Below are positions 49,226 through 62,299 of a stretch of DNA of 64,000 bases, in pieces. Every line of letters starts with the position of its first letter. Within the stretch, counting starts at the first letter, position 1. The stretch is from Negaprion brevirostris (taxonomy: Eukaryota). The DNA is taken from NCBI GenBank assembly GCA_030324005.1, contig JARDVH010000001.1, forward strand, positions 143,563,196 through 143,627,195. Direction: 5' to 3'. Below the pieces are notes generated by a model. It did no database searches. It worked only from the letters and a program-made list of their open reading frames with translations, and had not been told where the DNA came from. Both the position numbers and the translations under genes were made by a program.

Positions 49226-50829
49226 ACTTGATGAGGTGCCAACCTGGTGAAGCTACATTTGTGCCAAACAACAGAGATAGGGTGTTACAGACAGAGCTAA
49301 GCAAACTCATAACCAGGACATCAGTTCAAAGCTTTGCACTTGTGCAACATCTTGTTTTGAATGGTGGTAGACAGTTAAAGAACTAATCAGAGGAATATGC
49401 TCATTCATAAAGATGGCAGTGCCCAGCATGCAAGTCATGCTGGGCACTGCCACCCTAAGACCATTATGGATAGCAGCCTCCAGGCAATTAGATTCACCCT
49501 ATGTGTTATCTGAAAAAGATTCTGTTATTGATCCTTAAACGTCATCATTGCTCTCCAAAGCTATAATCATTTATTTAACCAATGCAGGTTGTCTTTTCCT
49601 TTTTCCCTTCCCCATCATTCCTGAATGTGGTTAGAACAACCACATTCCCAATCATCGGCTCCTTTGAGTCAATTTCTACTATTCTCACTGTAACTGGTGC
49701 CTGAATCTCTCAAACTCCATGTACTATGTTGCACACATTTACATACATGCACTTGAGACCTTCATAGCCTACATTTTATTTTCTCTGTCTGACCTCCCCT
49801 TATTTCTGAACCATTCTTTATTTTAGTGTTGTTTGTCTCTTCTGATCTTCCATGCACCTTGTTTCTCCTCCCCGATGTTTCACCCTGGTGCCTATTCCCT
49901 CTAAGTTTTTTTTGCTTCTCTCAGTCTCTATCATCACACTTCCTTCCACTCCCCATTCTTGTCTTTCCTTTCAGGTCGGTGGTAATGGGTAGTATGGCGA
50001 AGGAGACCCAGCGACTGCAGTCTGTATTTGGGTTACTAGTAGAAGGAAAAATGTAACTTTTTTGACTCCTTTTACCAAGCCTTCCAATCAGTTGAGCTTC
50101 CCCAGTTCCCTTACAGCCTGGGCATCCATTACGTAACCACATTCAGATTATCCATCCATGTGGCAAAACCCCTCATTCCTATAATTTCCCCAACCCTTTG
50201 GAACTGCCTATTCACGTTCTTGTTCCATCAATCACCTTGCCCATTTGCTCCCGAGAAGTCAGAAGCCTTCTCATTCTCAATTTCCTTTGCCCTTCCTTGC
50301 TTCTTTTTTTTAAAATGAGAACTTATTTGCTTTCAAAATTAATCTTCAACAAAATCAATTTGGAACAATGAAAGAATCTCTTTTTGTGCCGATCATCCCA
50401 CGTCTCAGAAAATGTTGGAGATTATAATGTGGCTTGTAAGTCATTTGCACTGGACTTTTCAGTTAACAAAATATACATGGAAATAATTAGTTGGTTTCAC
50501 AATTCACCTTTTCTTGTAAATTAAACATTAAATGAATCTCTCTGACTCCACTTTCTCTGTCTCTGATGCAGATTTATTGATTTATTGACTTTTAAAACAT
50601 GAAACAAAAGCCACAACAGGTCTCTCCATTGCACACAGCCTCTTACTTTTGAGCACATTATAAATGTTATCTCATTAAAGCTTCTGAAATTTATATTCTT
50701 GCATTTCAAAATTCTTTGAAGTGGTTAAAACATGTAGGAAGCTAGAGGACAGAAATGATAATCAACAAAGCTAATTGAATAGTACTGTACATCCTGGTAT
50801 GTAGGTACACTACATACTCAGACTGCACC

Positions 50830-51780
50830 ATCTCCATGAAACACGCAACTTGTAGTTATACAGAACCTTTGACATAGTACATTCCAACAAAGGGCTTTGC
50901 AGCAAACAAAATTAGTAGCTGAACTGAAAAAAGATGCTTGTTCCTAAGCTTGGCCTAAGGTAGGTTTTAAGAAGCATCTTAAGGGGAGAAATGAGGCAAA
51001 CAGAGGCAGAGTGGTTTAGAAAGTGAATTCCAGGAGGTCAGGGCCTTGGCAGCTTGAGGCACAACCACCAATTGCAGTTTGATTAAAATCCAGTTGCTCA
51101 AGAAGCTAAAATTGGAGGAACATGGTCCTCCTGGAGGTTTGTACGGTCGAAGAAAATTNNNNNNNNNNATTATGGAGTGGCCAAGGGAGGTTAGAATGTC
51201 AAAACAATGTTAACAATTTTAAATTTGAGGTGTTGCTTAATCAGCAGTCAACAGAGATCAGGAGTGATAGATGAACAGGACTTGATGAGTTAGGCCAGAC
51301 AACGAGTTAGGATGAGCGGTGGAGTTTCAGACTACATCAAATTTAAGGGGTGGGCAGAATGTGGCAGGCTGGCAAAGCATTCACCGGTATAGCTGAAGTG
51401 ACTAGAAGAAACAAAGAGAAAAAGAGTGAGGATTTCAGCAACAGATGAGCTGAGGTACAGCACAGTGGCCGAAATTAAGGAGATAAAAATAGGCCGTATT
51501 GGTGATGTGCTTCATCTCAGGTCAAAATGATGCTAAAGTTGGAAACAGTTTGATTCAGCCTCAAATAGCAAGCAGGGAGATGGATGGAGTCAGTGGCTAC
51601 TGAATTAAGTTTGTAACTGGACCCGAAGCGAAAGCTTCAGTATTTCCAAAACTTGGATGGCGGAAATTTTTAAGCATCCAGTACCAGATGTCAGAGAAGC
51701 AGCCTGACTATTTGGAGACGGTGGGAGGGTCAAGAGGGGTAGAGCTGGGTGTCATCAACATGCAGGTGATGACATTGTCA
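50830..51780 (-). mobile_element. L2 LINE 3' about 0.95 kb
   Basis: GTAGGTTTTAAGAAGCATCTTAA..GAATTCCAGGAGG..ATTTCAGCAACAGATGAGCTGAGG..GCATCCAGTAC..GAGCTGGGTGTCATCAACATG (DDTQL on the minus strand). Confidence 0.85.
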
Positions 51781-52054
51781 GGTGTAGGCAAAAATATGAA
51801 GTTTAAAAACACAGGCTTTTGAGAAAGTCTAAGACTTTCAAATAAATCCTTTAATGAAGACATAAAAAGGCATAACAAACAATTCAATTGATAAACTTAA
51901 TGCTGGCTACATATTATCTAATTTGATTTTTTATGTACCTCATCAGAGGTTATTNNNNNNNNNNNNNNNNNNNNNNNNNNNNNNNNNNNNNNNNNNNNNN
52001 NNNNNNNNNNNNNNNNNNNNNNNNNNNNNNNNNNNNNNNNNNNNNNNNNNNNNN

Positions 52055-52141
52055 GGGGCAGGCTCGAAGGGCTAGATGGCCTACTCCTGCTCCTATTTCT
52101 TATGTTCTTATGTTCTTATGTTCTTATTTCTTATGTTCTTT
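52055..52141 (+). mobile_element. Young CR1 tail with (TTCTTATG)n
   Basis: GGGGCAGGCTCGAAGGGCTAGATGGCCTACTCCTGCTCCTA followed by octamer repeats, next to a gap. Confidence 0.88.
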
Positions 52142-53687
52142 ACTTTGAACATCAGACATTCAGTTACCAAAGGAAAAAACAACTAATGAAAATAAATTCG
52201 AGAAAGGCCTGATGAATTTGCAGGAACCCAAAGGCCGATAAGGGTAGGACAATATACTCACTATGAATATGCAACTATTGTGTCAGAATAATACTTTTCA
52301 CATTGAAAATACCAATCACACTGCCACCTACAGGAGCAACAGGTACTTAGGATGAATTTTCAATGAAAGAGCCATTATCAAAGCTTGGACCTGAGCAGCA
52401 ACTGAGAAACTAAAAACCAAGTAGTAACACTCCAGGAAGGCAGGGAGAAAGCAGGTGAGTAGTATCTCTTTTTTCTTGAAGCTAAATAGGTTAAACGAAG
52501 AAATTGAGTTTGTGACCCATTAACTTAAGTTCAAAAGTTTTAATCAGGCTTATGTCTAAGTGAACCTCAAATTTTATTGCTGGTAAGTTTAGCTAGTAGT
52601 CTAAGAAATAGACACACAGCAGGACACCTCAGAATATTCAGATACATATCCTGTGCTATCTGGGAACTCCAGGTTGCAACAACTGTATGTACAGGAATTG
52701 TCATTAGCTGAAGAAGCTCAATATCCAGATTTCAGAGCTTGAGCCACAGCTGGAGTTATTGCTGTGCATTTACAAGGCTAAGAGCTGCATGAACAGCAGG
52801 GAGAGAGAAGGATGAACAGCCAGAGAGCATGGTCCGTAGCTGTACCAATTAAATAAGACAGAGAAAGAGATGAGGTCCTGAATGTATACTTCCGGGAGCA
52901 AAAGAAAGAAATTAAATAGTAGGACCTCAAAGATAGGAGTCTCCAAATGATTCCACGTGCAATGCACAGAAATCTGGGGATGGTGCAGCTAAATGCACGG
53001 CTGGAGGGATGGTGCAGTAAGGAGAACTTTACATTTCTGGGGCGTTAGGCCCAGATCTGTGGGAGGTGGGACCTGTACCATCCAAAGTGGTTACATCTCC
53101 ACAGGACTGGGTCCAAAATCATGGCAGGTTGATTTGCTGCTATTGCCTTGGCAGTTTTTAACCACCTTGAAAGGTGAATCAGAACCTATGCATAAATTTA
53201 GAAGGGAGAGAAGCAAAGCTGGAAACAGGAGGCAGAGAATATGTAAGCAAATATGGAAGGTCAAGGAAAAAAAAGGAATTGTTCAGTGATTAGTGTAAGA
53301 TTATTATAAAAACCACCATTAATGATATATATTTAAATGTAAGGAGCCAAGTGAATAATGCAGATGAGCTGAGGGCAGTGAATAGACATTTAGTGAATGA
53401 TATCACAACTATTACTGAAATGTAGCTTAAAGAAAAGGAGGGAACGGCAGCTCAACATTCCTGGTTATAGTGTTTTCAGGCGGGATGGAGAGGTTAATAT
53501 AAAAAGAGGTTGGGAGGGGTCACAATGTTGGTTAAAGACACAGTCACAGCTGTGAGGAGGGATGATATGATAGAAGGATCACCAAATATAGCCATATGAG
53601 TTGACCAGAGGAACAAAAGCAGGCAATCATACTGCTGGGAGTGTGCTATAGACCCTCAAACAGGCAGGAGAGAGAAGAACAAATTGT

Positions 53688-54031
53688 GTATTTACCATTT
53701 ATATAGATGATCTGGAGGAGGGAACCGAGTGTATGGTGTCGNNNNNNNNNNNNNNNNNNNNNNNNNNNNNNNNNNNNNNNNNNNNNNNNNNNNNNNNNNN
53801 NNNNNNNNNNNNNNNNNNNNNNNNNNNNNNNNNNNNNNNNNNNNNNNNNNNNNNNNNNNNNNNNNNNNNNNNNNNNNNNNNNNNNNNNNNNNNNNNNNNN
53901 NNNNNNNNNNNNNNNNNNNNNNNNNNNNNNNNNNNNNNNNNNNNNNNNNNNNNGATCTTATTGAATGGCGGGGCAGGCTCGAAGGGCTAGATGGCCTACT
54001 CCTGCTCCTATTTCTTATCTTCTTATGTTAT
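53688..54031 (+). mobile_element. Younger CR1 nested in the older CR1 (spans a gap)
   Basis: FTIYIDDLEEGTECMVS before the gap. The tail after the gap is nearly identical to 52055-52100. Confidence 0.8.
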
Positions 54032-55440
54032 GAAAGCAGCAAGTCGGAAAGTACATCAGTGGCAGAGCATGGGAGGTATTCAAGGAGGAGATTAAGAGTC
54101 TTAGAACAAATACATTTCCGCTTGGTGAAAGGTTTGACTGAAATCTAGGCACCCCTGGATTTCAAAGAACATACAGAATAGGATACGGCAAAGGGAAGGT
54201 TATATCTATCTGACAAACTTTGATTCATTTTTTGAGGGGGTAATAAGGAGAGTTGATAAAGTTGGTACGAATGATGTGGTCTAAATGGATTTTAGCAATC
54301 CACAAGGTCCCCCATACGACAAATTGGTGAGAAAAGTAAGAACCCAAGGGATTCACTGGAAAGTGGCCATTTTGATTCAAAACTGGTCCAGTGACAAAAA
54401 GCTAAGGGTAATGGTCGACAGCTGTTTCTGTGACTAGAAGATTATTTCCAGTGTTGTTCCTCAGGGCTCAGTACTGAGTCCGTTGCTGTTTATGGTATAT
54501 ATCAATAAATTTATAGAATGTGACAACCCCTAAGCCATAAACAGTTTTTTTTACATTTCTTACGATTACAATTACAGATTCCACAGACGTTTTGAGAATG
54601 CTTTACAAAAACTTTTAAAAGTTTGCATCAATTGTAAAGGGATCAGTTGTAATCTCCTTCATATTAATGAACTGTTCTGGTAGCCAGTGGAGTTGAATCT
54701 GGAAAAATAAAGGAGCGATGCAATGCATTAGGGAACAGCAAAAAGACAAGAAAATAACTGACAGATACTGGGAAATATTGAGGACCCTTGGAGTGCATGG
54801 CCACAATCCACTGAAAGTAGCAGGGCAGAGATAAAAGTTGTTAAAAAGGCATTTGGAATCCTCTCCCTTAATGGTTGAGAAAGAGAATATAAAAGAAGCA
54901 AGACTCTGGTAGGACTATATGAAACACTAGATACACCACAACAACAGTAAGCAAATTCTGGTTATCACATTACAGAAAGGATGTGATCACACAAGAGTAT
55001 ACCAGAGGAGATTTACAAGCATGTCGTCAAGAATGGAGGATTTTAGCTCTGACAAAGGATTAGGTTGGCTCAAGTTGCTTTTTTTAGAACAAAAGATGTT
55101 GATGGGAGATTTGACGGAGACAACTACTGTTATGCGGAGCCTTGGTAGGGTGGATAAAAACAATCTATTACCATTAGAAATGATCATTACCCTGCCAAAA
55201 CCAGGGGGCATAGATTTAAAGTATTTAGTTGAAGAATTAAAGGGGGGGCTGAAAAGAATTTTTTTTATTCAAAGTTTAATGGGGGCCTGGAACACTGTCT
55301 TAAAATAGTAGAGGCAGATGTCTTCATTGCATTTAAAAATACTTGTATATGCACTTTAAGTACCATAGCCTATACAGCTAGGGAGCAAGAACAGAAAAAT
55401 GGGATTAGGCTGCAAAGACAATTTTCTGGCTGGCAAAAAC

Positions 55441-55745
55441 AATGAATCCCTAAAATGCAGAAGGAAGCCATTTGGCCCATCAAGTCTGCACTGACTCTCC
55501 GACACAGCATCTTACCCAGTAACCCCATGCATTTACCCCGCCAATCCCCCAAACCTCTTCAGACACTAAGGAGCAATTTGGCCAATCACCTAACCTGCAC
55601 ATTTTCGGACTGTGGGAGAAAACCAAAGCACCTGGAGGAAAACCCAAGCCAAAACCCATGAAGAATATGCAAACTCTTAGCCAAGGCTGGAATCGAATAT
55701 GGGTCCCTGGCACTATGAGGCAGCAGTGCTAACAACTGGGCCACT
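55441..55745 (-). mobile_element. HE1/V-SINE inserted in the CR1 3' UTR
   Basis: GAATCCCTAAAATGCAGAAGGAAGCCATTTGGCCCATC...GGCAGCAGTGCTAACAACTGGGCCAC. Confidence 0.9.
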
Positions 55746-56374
55746 CATGATGAACCAAATGGCCTCGACGCATCATAGATTTTATATGGTTCTATGCTAA
55801 CACTGTGCACTGACATTAATAAGCAAAAATAAGGAGGGTGAGGAAACATTTCTGCATCTCTTAACAGGCAATCAAATCCAAACCACAATCAGGAAAGTGT
55901 GATATTCTTTAATTTCTAACTTGGCATCTAAAAGTGCAGAAACATAACTGTTGGTGAAAATGAATAGTTGTGTTGATTTAAACAAATATGCAACAAGTAC
56001 GTGAATCAGATTATAAAATATTTAACTAATTTGTGTGGGATTTCCTGCATTGATGCAATGGCACGTTAAACACTTGCGTGGTTTGGAGTTGATAATGAGC
56101 ACTGGATATTCTGATGTTTCAAGACTGATGCTACAAAATACAGGGGAAAAAAATGCCACTTTTTGTTTCATTCTTTCATTTAAAATTGCTGCGTCCTGGT
56201 CCACATCAAGCAAAATCAACGCCAAACTTTCATGTGGAAGTCAGTTAAATGTTGCCGGAAATTTCCACAACATTCTGTTCAGGGGACCACCTGTAAATTT
56301 ACACCAACGCCCCCAAAGCCTTGGTCCTAACTTGCAAAAGACAATGCCAGTTATTCAAAGAAAAATAGTATTAT

Positions 56375-56655
56375 TATGTTTATTTACTAGAGTCATAAAT
56401 AAGCTTACATTAACAATGCAATGAAGTTACTCTGAAAATTCCCAAGTCTCCAAACTCCAGCGTCTGTTTGGGTACACAGACAATTTAGTATGGCCAATGC
56501 ACCTAACCTGCACATCCCTCGGACTGGGAGGAAACCGGAGCACCTGGAGGAAACCCATACAGACATGGGGAGAATGTGCAGACTCCGTACAATGACCCAA
56601 TCCAAACGTGGGTCTCTGGAGCTTTGAGACAGCATGTTAACCACTCTGCTACCCT
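56375..56655 (-). mobile_element. HE1/V-SINE with type B tail
   Basis: GCTTACATTAACAATGCAATGAAGTTACTCTGAAAATTCCC...GGGAGGAAACCGGAGCACCTGGAGGAAACCC. Confidence 0.9.
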
Positions 56656-56802
56656 GCTTACAGAAATCAATATTTGAGATTCTAATTAATATATATAGAA
56701 AAAAACTGAATCGAGCACAGACTCAAACAGACAGAAACCTAATGGATTATACTTTTGGACACTCCTACAGACCAATTTCAAAAGTCAGACTTTTGAATGG
56801 AC

Positions 56803-56973
56803 TTACCTTGCATTAAGTTGATCTTTCTCTACACCCTAGCTATGGTTCTAATACTACATTCTGCACTCTCTCGTTTCCTTTTCTATGAACAGTATGCTTT
56901 GTCTGTATAGTGCGCAAGAAACAATATTTCTCAGTGTATGTTAACATGTGACAATAATAAATCAAATCAAAAT
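56803..56973 (+). mobile_element. Rex1/Babar 3' UTR-only copy
   Basis: Closely matches 57412-57602 and ends in AATCAAATCAAAATC. Confidence 0.85.
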
Positions 56974-57088
56974 CTATTACGTACAACACATTCTAATATG
57001 CAGTGAAATTTTACTGACAAGCCTATTTCAAGGAAGAAAGTAAGGGGGTAATAGAGTGTTTGCAAAGCTGAAGTGTTGAATTTTGAAC

Positions 57089-57602
57089 CTTTGGCATATC
57101 AGCTACAGCCCTCACCAACTTTTACAGATGCCCCATAGAACACATTCTTTCTGGTTGTATCACAGCTTGGTATGGCTCCTGCTTTGCCCAAGACTGCAAG
57201 AAACTACAAAAGGCCATGAATGTAGCCCAAACCATCATGCAAACCAGCCTCCCATCCACTGACTCCGTCTACATTTCCCACCGCCTCAGCAAAGCAGCCA
57301 GCATAACTAAGGACCCCTTGCACCCTCTTCCACCTTCTTCCGTCAGGAAAAAGATATAAAAGTCTGAGGTCACGTACCAACCGACTCAAGAACTGCTCCT
57401 TCCCTGCTGCGGTCAAACTTTTGAATGGACTTACCTTGCATTAAGTTGATCTTTCTCTACACCCTAGCTATGAATGTATCACTACATTCTGCACTCACTC
57501 GTTTCCTTCTCTATGAACAGTATGTTTTGTCTGCATAGCGCACAAGAAACAATAATTTTCACTGTATGTTAACACATGACATTAATAAGTCAAAATCAAA
57601 TC
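57089..57602 (+). mobile_element. Rex1/Babar LINE 3' end
   Basis: FGISATALTNFYRCPIEHILSGCITAWYGSC..KKLQKAMNVAQTI..KAASITKDP..KRYKSLRSRTNRLKNCSFPAAVKLLN. Confidence 0.9.
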
Positions 57603-58704
57603 AGGAAGATCAATGCCTAATTCCTCATGCTCGCTTCCAATACTAAACCAAGTTTGAATTCAGCTTGCAATCGTCTAAAATTCTAACACCCATGTTTCAG
57701 TGTTATTCCTCCTCCGTATATTTAAAAAAAAATTTGTGCGCTGATCAAGAACTCTTCGCATTTCAGACAGTGTCAGCATTAAGCAATCCCAAGTCAAGCT
57801 CCCTCTCCTCATCCCTAACAAATGCAGGAGAGCATGACCATTGCTCCTGTGTCACCCGTTTTGCATTAGTAACACCAGTCACCATATGAAATTTTGAAAT
57901 AAGAATACTGATTAGAGCAAACCAGAAACAGTTTTGTTCTGTAATCCCATGATCAGTACTGAATCCATACAAAATCCTCATGGCGAGAAGCTGGCAACAC
58001 ACAGCTTGTCAATGTAAACCGGATTTGAACCCTACGATCTGAAAACAGAAGGCCAGGGTTTAAGTCCAGGTTTTCCTTAAAGGGCACAATCAACGTTAAA
58101 TGTATATTTTGCAAAAACCTAAGTGAGACTAATCGGAATGAATAAGACAACTCCAATAAGTACATCTATGCACATTTTAAAATAACCTCAGTTGTAGCAC
58201 TTTCACAATATCTTCCACTTATTTTTCCTTATTTGCCAACTTTAGTAAATCAATTTTGCATTCGGAAAAATGTCACCAGTCACATTTTGGATTTATGTAC
58301 TGGTGGGGGCAACAGCAGTAGTCATAGTAGCTTTCTTAACTCTTTTAGAAAGGAAAGGACAGTGAAACCAAAAGATCATAAAACAGAAGCAAAACAGAAG
58401 GGAAACTCAGAGACATAGTGGTATAATCAGTTTTAAAAGCCCTTTATCAGGCTGTCCCTAGCAGTAAACATAATGCTGATATCAGTGTCAAGAGAACCAC
58501 AACAGACACTACTACCTCTTACAGAACAACGCAGGATATTACACATCTAGTTTCAATCTGAATGTGTTTGTACATTTAAAAGATGTTCCAGCTGCAAATT
58601 TTGCTTTTCCTCTTCAGCAACTTCCTCTTGTTTTTGCTACATCATGATTTTACAGAGCCCACACTGACATTTTGATCATCAAGCTACAAAATGTAAAAAA
58701 AAAT

Positions 58705-58893
58705 CAGAAAGCAAAATACAGCAAATGCTGGAAACGTGAAATAATAACCAACATTATTGAGAACACACAGATTGTGCGAAGGAGAGATCTGCTAAAGCTT
58801 CTAATGTGGCCCTTTCTTCAGAACTGAGATGCAAGTGGCAGACAGGCATGTGAATATCTTGGCTGACCTGCTCAGAGTTTCCAGCACATTCTG
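58705..58893. mobile_element. Collapsed inverted Penelope pseudo-LTR remnant
   Basis: AAAGCAAAATACAGCAAATGCTGGAAAC (minus end) and GCTGACCTGCTCAGAGTTTCCAGCAC (plus end). Confidence 0.5.
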
Positions 58894-59529
58894 CAGACTA
58901 CAAATAATGATTACCAGGCACCCACCACTTCCACGACAGATTGAGTATCTATTCTGTTTTCCTAAAGTCATTTCATACCTCTTGTGCTCCGTAAAAAATA
59001 AAACTAAAATGGCAGGTGAACTACCCAATTTGTTTGATACGGCTGAGAAGGGATTGATTGAAAGGAAATTAAAAGTTTAAAATATAATACTGCATCTTGC
59101 ACCTCTGATTTTATTGCCTTTGACATTGCAAAACATTGCTCTATTTCCAAACCTAGTCAGACCTTACAAAGCCAGCAGGCACTTCAGTGCACACATGTAT
59201 GATAATGGAATCTGAAGAAGTATACACATCATGATGGCCTTGTTGGAATCAAAGCAAACAGAAACACAGTATTGGTTCAAGTCACAATGCTATTTTGAAA
59301 CCAGAAAAATTGTTACAAGCAATTACAAAGCCCGGACTAGATTCCCAAATCTTTGGGAATAATCAGAAGCCTTTATTATTTTTTCTAAGATTGCCAACCT
59401 CTTGTTTTCATAATTTTGATTTGAAAAGTTTACATGCTTTCACAAGGTATGTTTTCTTAAGAATACAAACTTTTAAATACATTTTTGCAGCATTTATAGG
59501 CACAGGCCAGGATTTCTGACCCTATAACA

Positions 59530-59870
59530 CTCCATTATGAAGGCTACCTACGTCCACCCCCAAAATATTGTCCATCTGTTCCATGGCCTCAGCCCATCTG
59601 CTATTCACTTATGCCTTTGTCACCTCAACTCAACTATGTCAATTCTCAATAATTTCAATACTCTAATGGCTGGTCTCCACCTCGCACCTTCATTAAACTT
59701 GAGCTCTAAATCAATGCTGTCCGTATTCTTGCTCACATCAAGCCCCAGTTACCCATCACCCACGCGTGTCAATCTCCATCCAAACCCATTCCGGCAACAG
59801 TTCCAATTTAAAATTCTTTCCTGAGTGCTCAAATTCCTCCATTACTTCATCCACCCTTCCGCATCCCTGT
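59530..59870 (+). mobile_element. L2 ORF2 fragment
   Basis: ATYVHPQNIVHL..LSPSA..AFVTSTQL..NTLMAGL..QFQFKIL. Confidence 0.7.
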
Positions 59871-61559
59871 AACCCGTGTTCACTCCAAGCTGTATGCCTG
59901 TGCAACAGGTTGCCTGCACAACAGTCCAATAAGTGACACACTTGATTATTACAGCTGTGCACAGCCTTTTGGTTAAATGAGGTTAACTATTACTCTAGCC
60001 CACACACAAACTGCTACACTCCCCATGAAGGGAAATTAATGGCTGAGAGCCCAGGCTAACATAATAAATCAGGTGGAATAAACAGCAAAATTTCACTCCC
60101 GTGGGTTCCTGGATCCTGAAGCTATCACTTTTCTCAGAACTTCTCCCACTCCCTGCTCTAACTTTCCTCCTGAAGACCCTCACTCCTTTCTTCCTTCTTG
60201 CTGTTCCTCTCCTGAGCCCTCACTCAAAGAGCAGGGGTTCAGGAGGAGGAAGCGGCAAGCACGAGGGTCAGAGAGGGAAGTGGTGAGTGCGAGAGGCAGC
60301 AAGTGGGAGGGAAGCAATGTGTAGAATAGGCAGTAAGCAGGAGGGTGGGAATTGGCAATTTGACGAATGACATGAATAAGGAGAGGTTGCAAGTAGCAGG
60401 AAAAAAGCAATGAGCAAGAGGCAATCTGAAAGAGTTAGCAATTTATTAAAGAGTTAATGAGTGGATTTTTGGGCCAATTAATACCACTGATCCACTCATT
60501 CTGTTATAGTTGATTTCATAAAATTATTAAAAGAAAGGTTGATCACAAAGTCATTTGACACATTAAAAACGCAAGGACATTTTCTAGGGAATTTGAGAAA
60601 AGCTCTGGATTCCTAACCCAGACCTCCAAATAATAAATGTAAAAGTTCTTGAAGTTTTCTCCTGGTGCTTTTCAAACTGTGCAATTTTTCAAATATTAGT
60701 GCTCCCCAATTCATTTTAAATGCATTTGAGCAACAGTTTATTTTAAGAATGGTAAACTGATTTATTACTTTGAGATTTGAAGATACTTAGTCTATAAAAG
60801 ACTGCAGGTGGAATAAATACCACTACATCCTCAAAAATTATTCGCCCTCCCAGGATTGCATTCTCTCTTCACCATTTCCTTCCCTTCCATATTCACTTAA
60901 TTTACAGGAAATGCCATGTCTCTCTGACCTTCACTCTTTAGTTCACAAGATCCAACGTCTCTCCAAATTCAGGCACTTTACCACTGCATGATTATGCTTG
61001 TTCATGTGAATAACTATTTGAGCTCACTATTTCCTCACTATTCACAGCAGTTTTTAAGTAAAAACAATCAAGCTGAAAAAAGAATAAGTTGCCTTTTCCA
61101 CATTTCCTTAACAATTCAAAAGGCAAACCTCCTTGACTCTTTCTATTTTCAGGTGGTCAAGCTGAAACAAAAGATCCTTGTCCTGAGCTGCTACTATCAG
61201 TTCAACTTTTCTTCTGAAAATTAACTAAATACAAGTACAAGATAAAGACTAACTAATGTTTCTCTCATGTATGGCAGTGTGGAGGTGCTTAAAATCCAGA
61301 GGTTGTGTGTTCAAATACCATCAAGATAAATTTAAGATTTAATCAGTCAATCTAATAAATGCAGACTAGCATGCTACTGGGGATGGCATTCTTTCTTCTT
61401 CTTCCACAACTATGGTAATTTTTAAAATATATTGTAGAGTTTTTTTTGTTTCTACAGGTGGTCCACATTACCTTGATATTGTTGTACATAAGTAAAATCC
61501 ATTCCCTACATGGATGGATAGAAGAGACATTACCTGTGACTGTTGCCATCTCTACATGC

Positions 61560-61828
61560 ATTCCTCCAACTCTAGCTCTTGCTCATAACTGACTTTCTTT
61601 TGACAACATTGGAGGCAATGCCTTCAGATGTATAGTTTTTAAGTTCAGGAATTCCCCCCCAACCCTCTCCCCCTCCTTTAAGATGCTGTTAAAATCCACC
61701 TTTTTGACCAAACTTCGGGCCGGCTGTTCCCTTACATCCATAAACAGCTGGGTGGCAAATTTTGTATGATGATCTTTTCATGGAAACGGGGCCATTTTAT
61801 TACATGGAACACATTACATAAATGCATA
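61560..61828 (+). mobile_element. L2 3' tail
   Basis: CATTGGAGGCAATGCCTTCAG..GGAATTCCC..CTCCTTTAAGATGCTGTTAAAATCCACCTTTTTGACCAAAC. Confidence 0.65.
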
Positions 61829-61829
61829 T

Positions 61830-62197
61830 TTGGGGGAAGACCACTGTTAGTGGTATTATCATTCGACTCAATTGAGAAACTCAGCAAATGATCTGGGGAC
61901 TCAGGTTTGAATCCTGCCACAGCAGAGGGTGGAATTAAGAATCTATTGATGACCATGAAACCATTGTCAATTGTCTGAAAAACTCATCATCTTGTTCACT
62001 ACTGTTCTAGGGAAGGAAATCTGCCGTCCTTATCTGATCTAGCCTACATGTGACTCCAGAGTCACAGCAATGTGGCTGACTTTCAACTGCTCTGTGAAAT
62101 GGCCTAGCAAGCCACTCAATTCAAGGTAAATGAGGGATGGGCAATAAACGCTGGCCCAGCTAATGATGCCCATGTCCCACAAATGAATTTTTAAAAA
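61830..62197 (+). mobile_element. tRNA-derived SINE sharing its tail with the second CR1-group family
   Basis: B box GGTTTGAATCC, body GGAAGGAAATCTGCCGTCCTT..GCCTACATGTGACTCCAGA, tail AGGGATGGGCAATAAACGCTGGCCCAGC. Confidence 0.85.
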
Positions 62198-62299
62198 TTG
62201 TGGCTGCTTGCTGGGGGGAAATAGGGAAGAAAAAGTGATGCTGCAATCGGTTGAGATACGTTGGCTTATTAGGTTTGATGAGCGAAAATGAAGGTGCCA

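Larger units (their letters stand above)
52400..55796 (+). mobile_element. Near-full-length decayed CR1 (ORF1 zinc finger/esterase plus ORF2)
   Basis: ORF1 SCAIWELQ..KLNIQISELEPQLE and WCSKENFTFL..RWDLY..LHLHRTG; ORF2 YLNVR..ITEM, SSVVPQGSVLSPLLFMVYIN and FTSMSSRMEDFS..LMGDLTE. Confidence 0.85.

Noticed and set aside
57970-58040. Exon candidate after the acceptor TTCTGTTTTCAG
   Set aside because: The donor is weak and GGGTTCAAATCC looks like the B box of a decayed SINE head.
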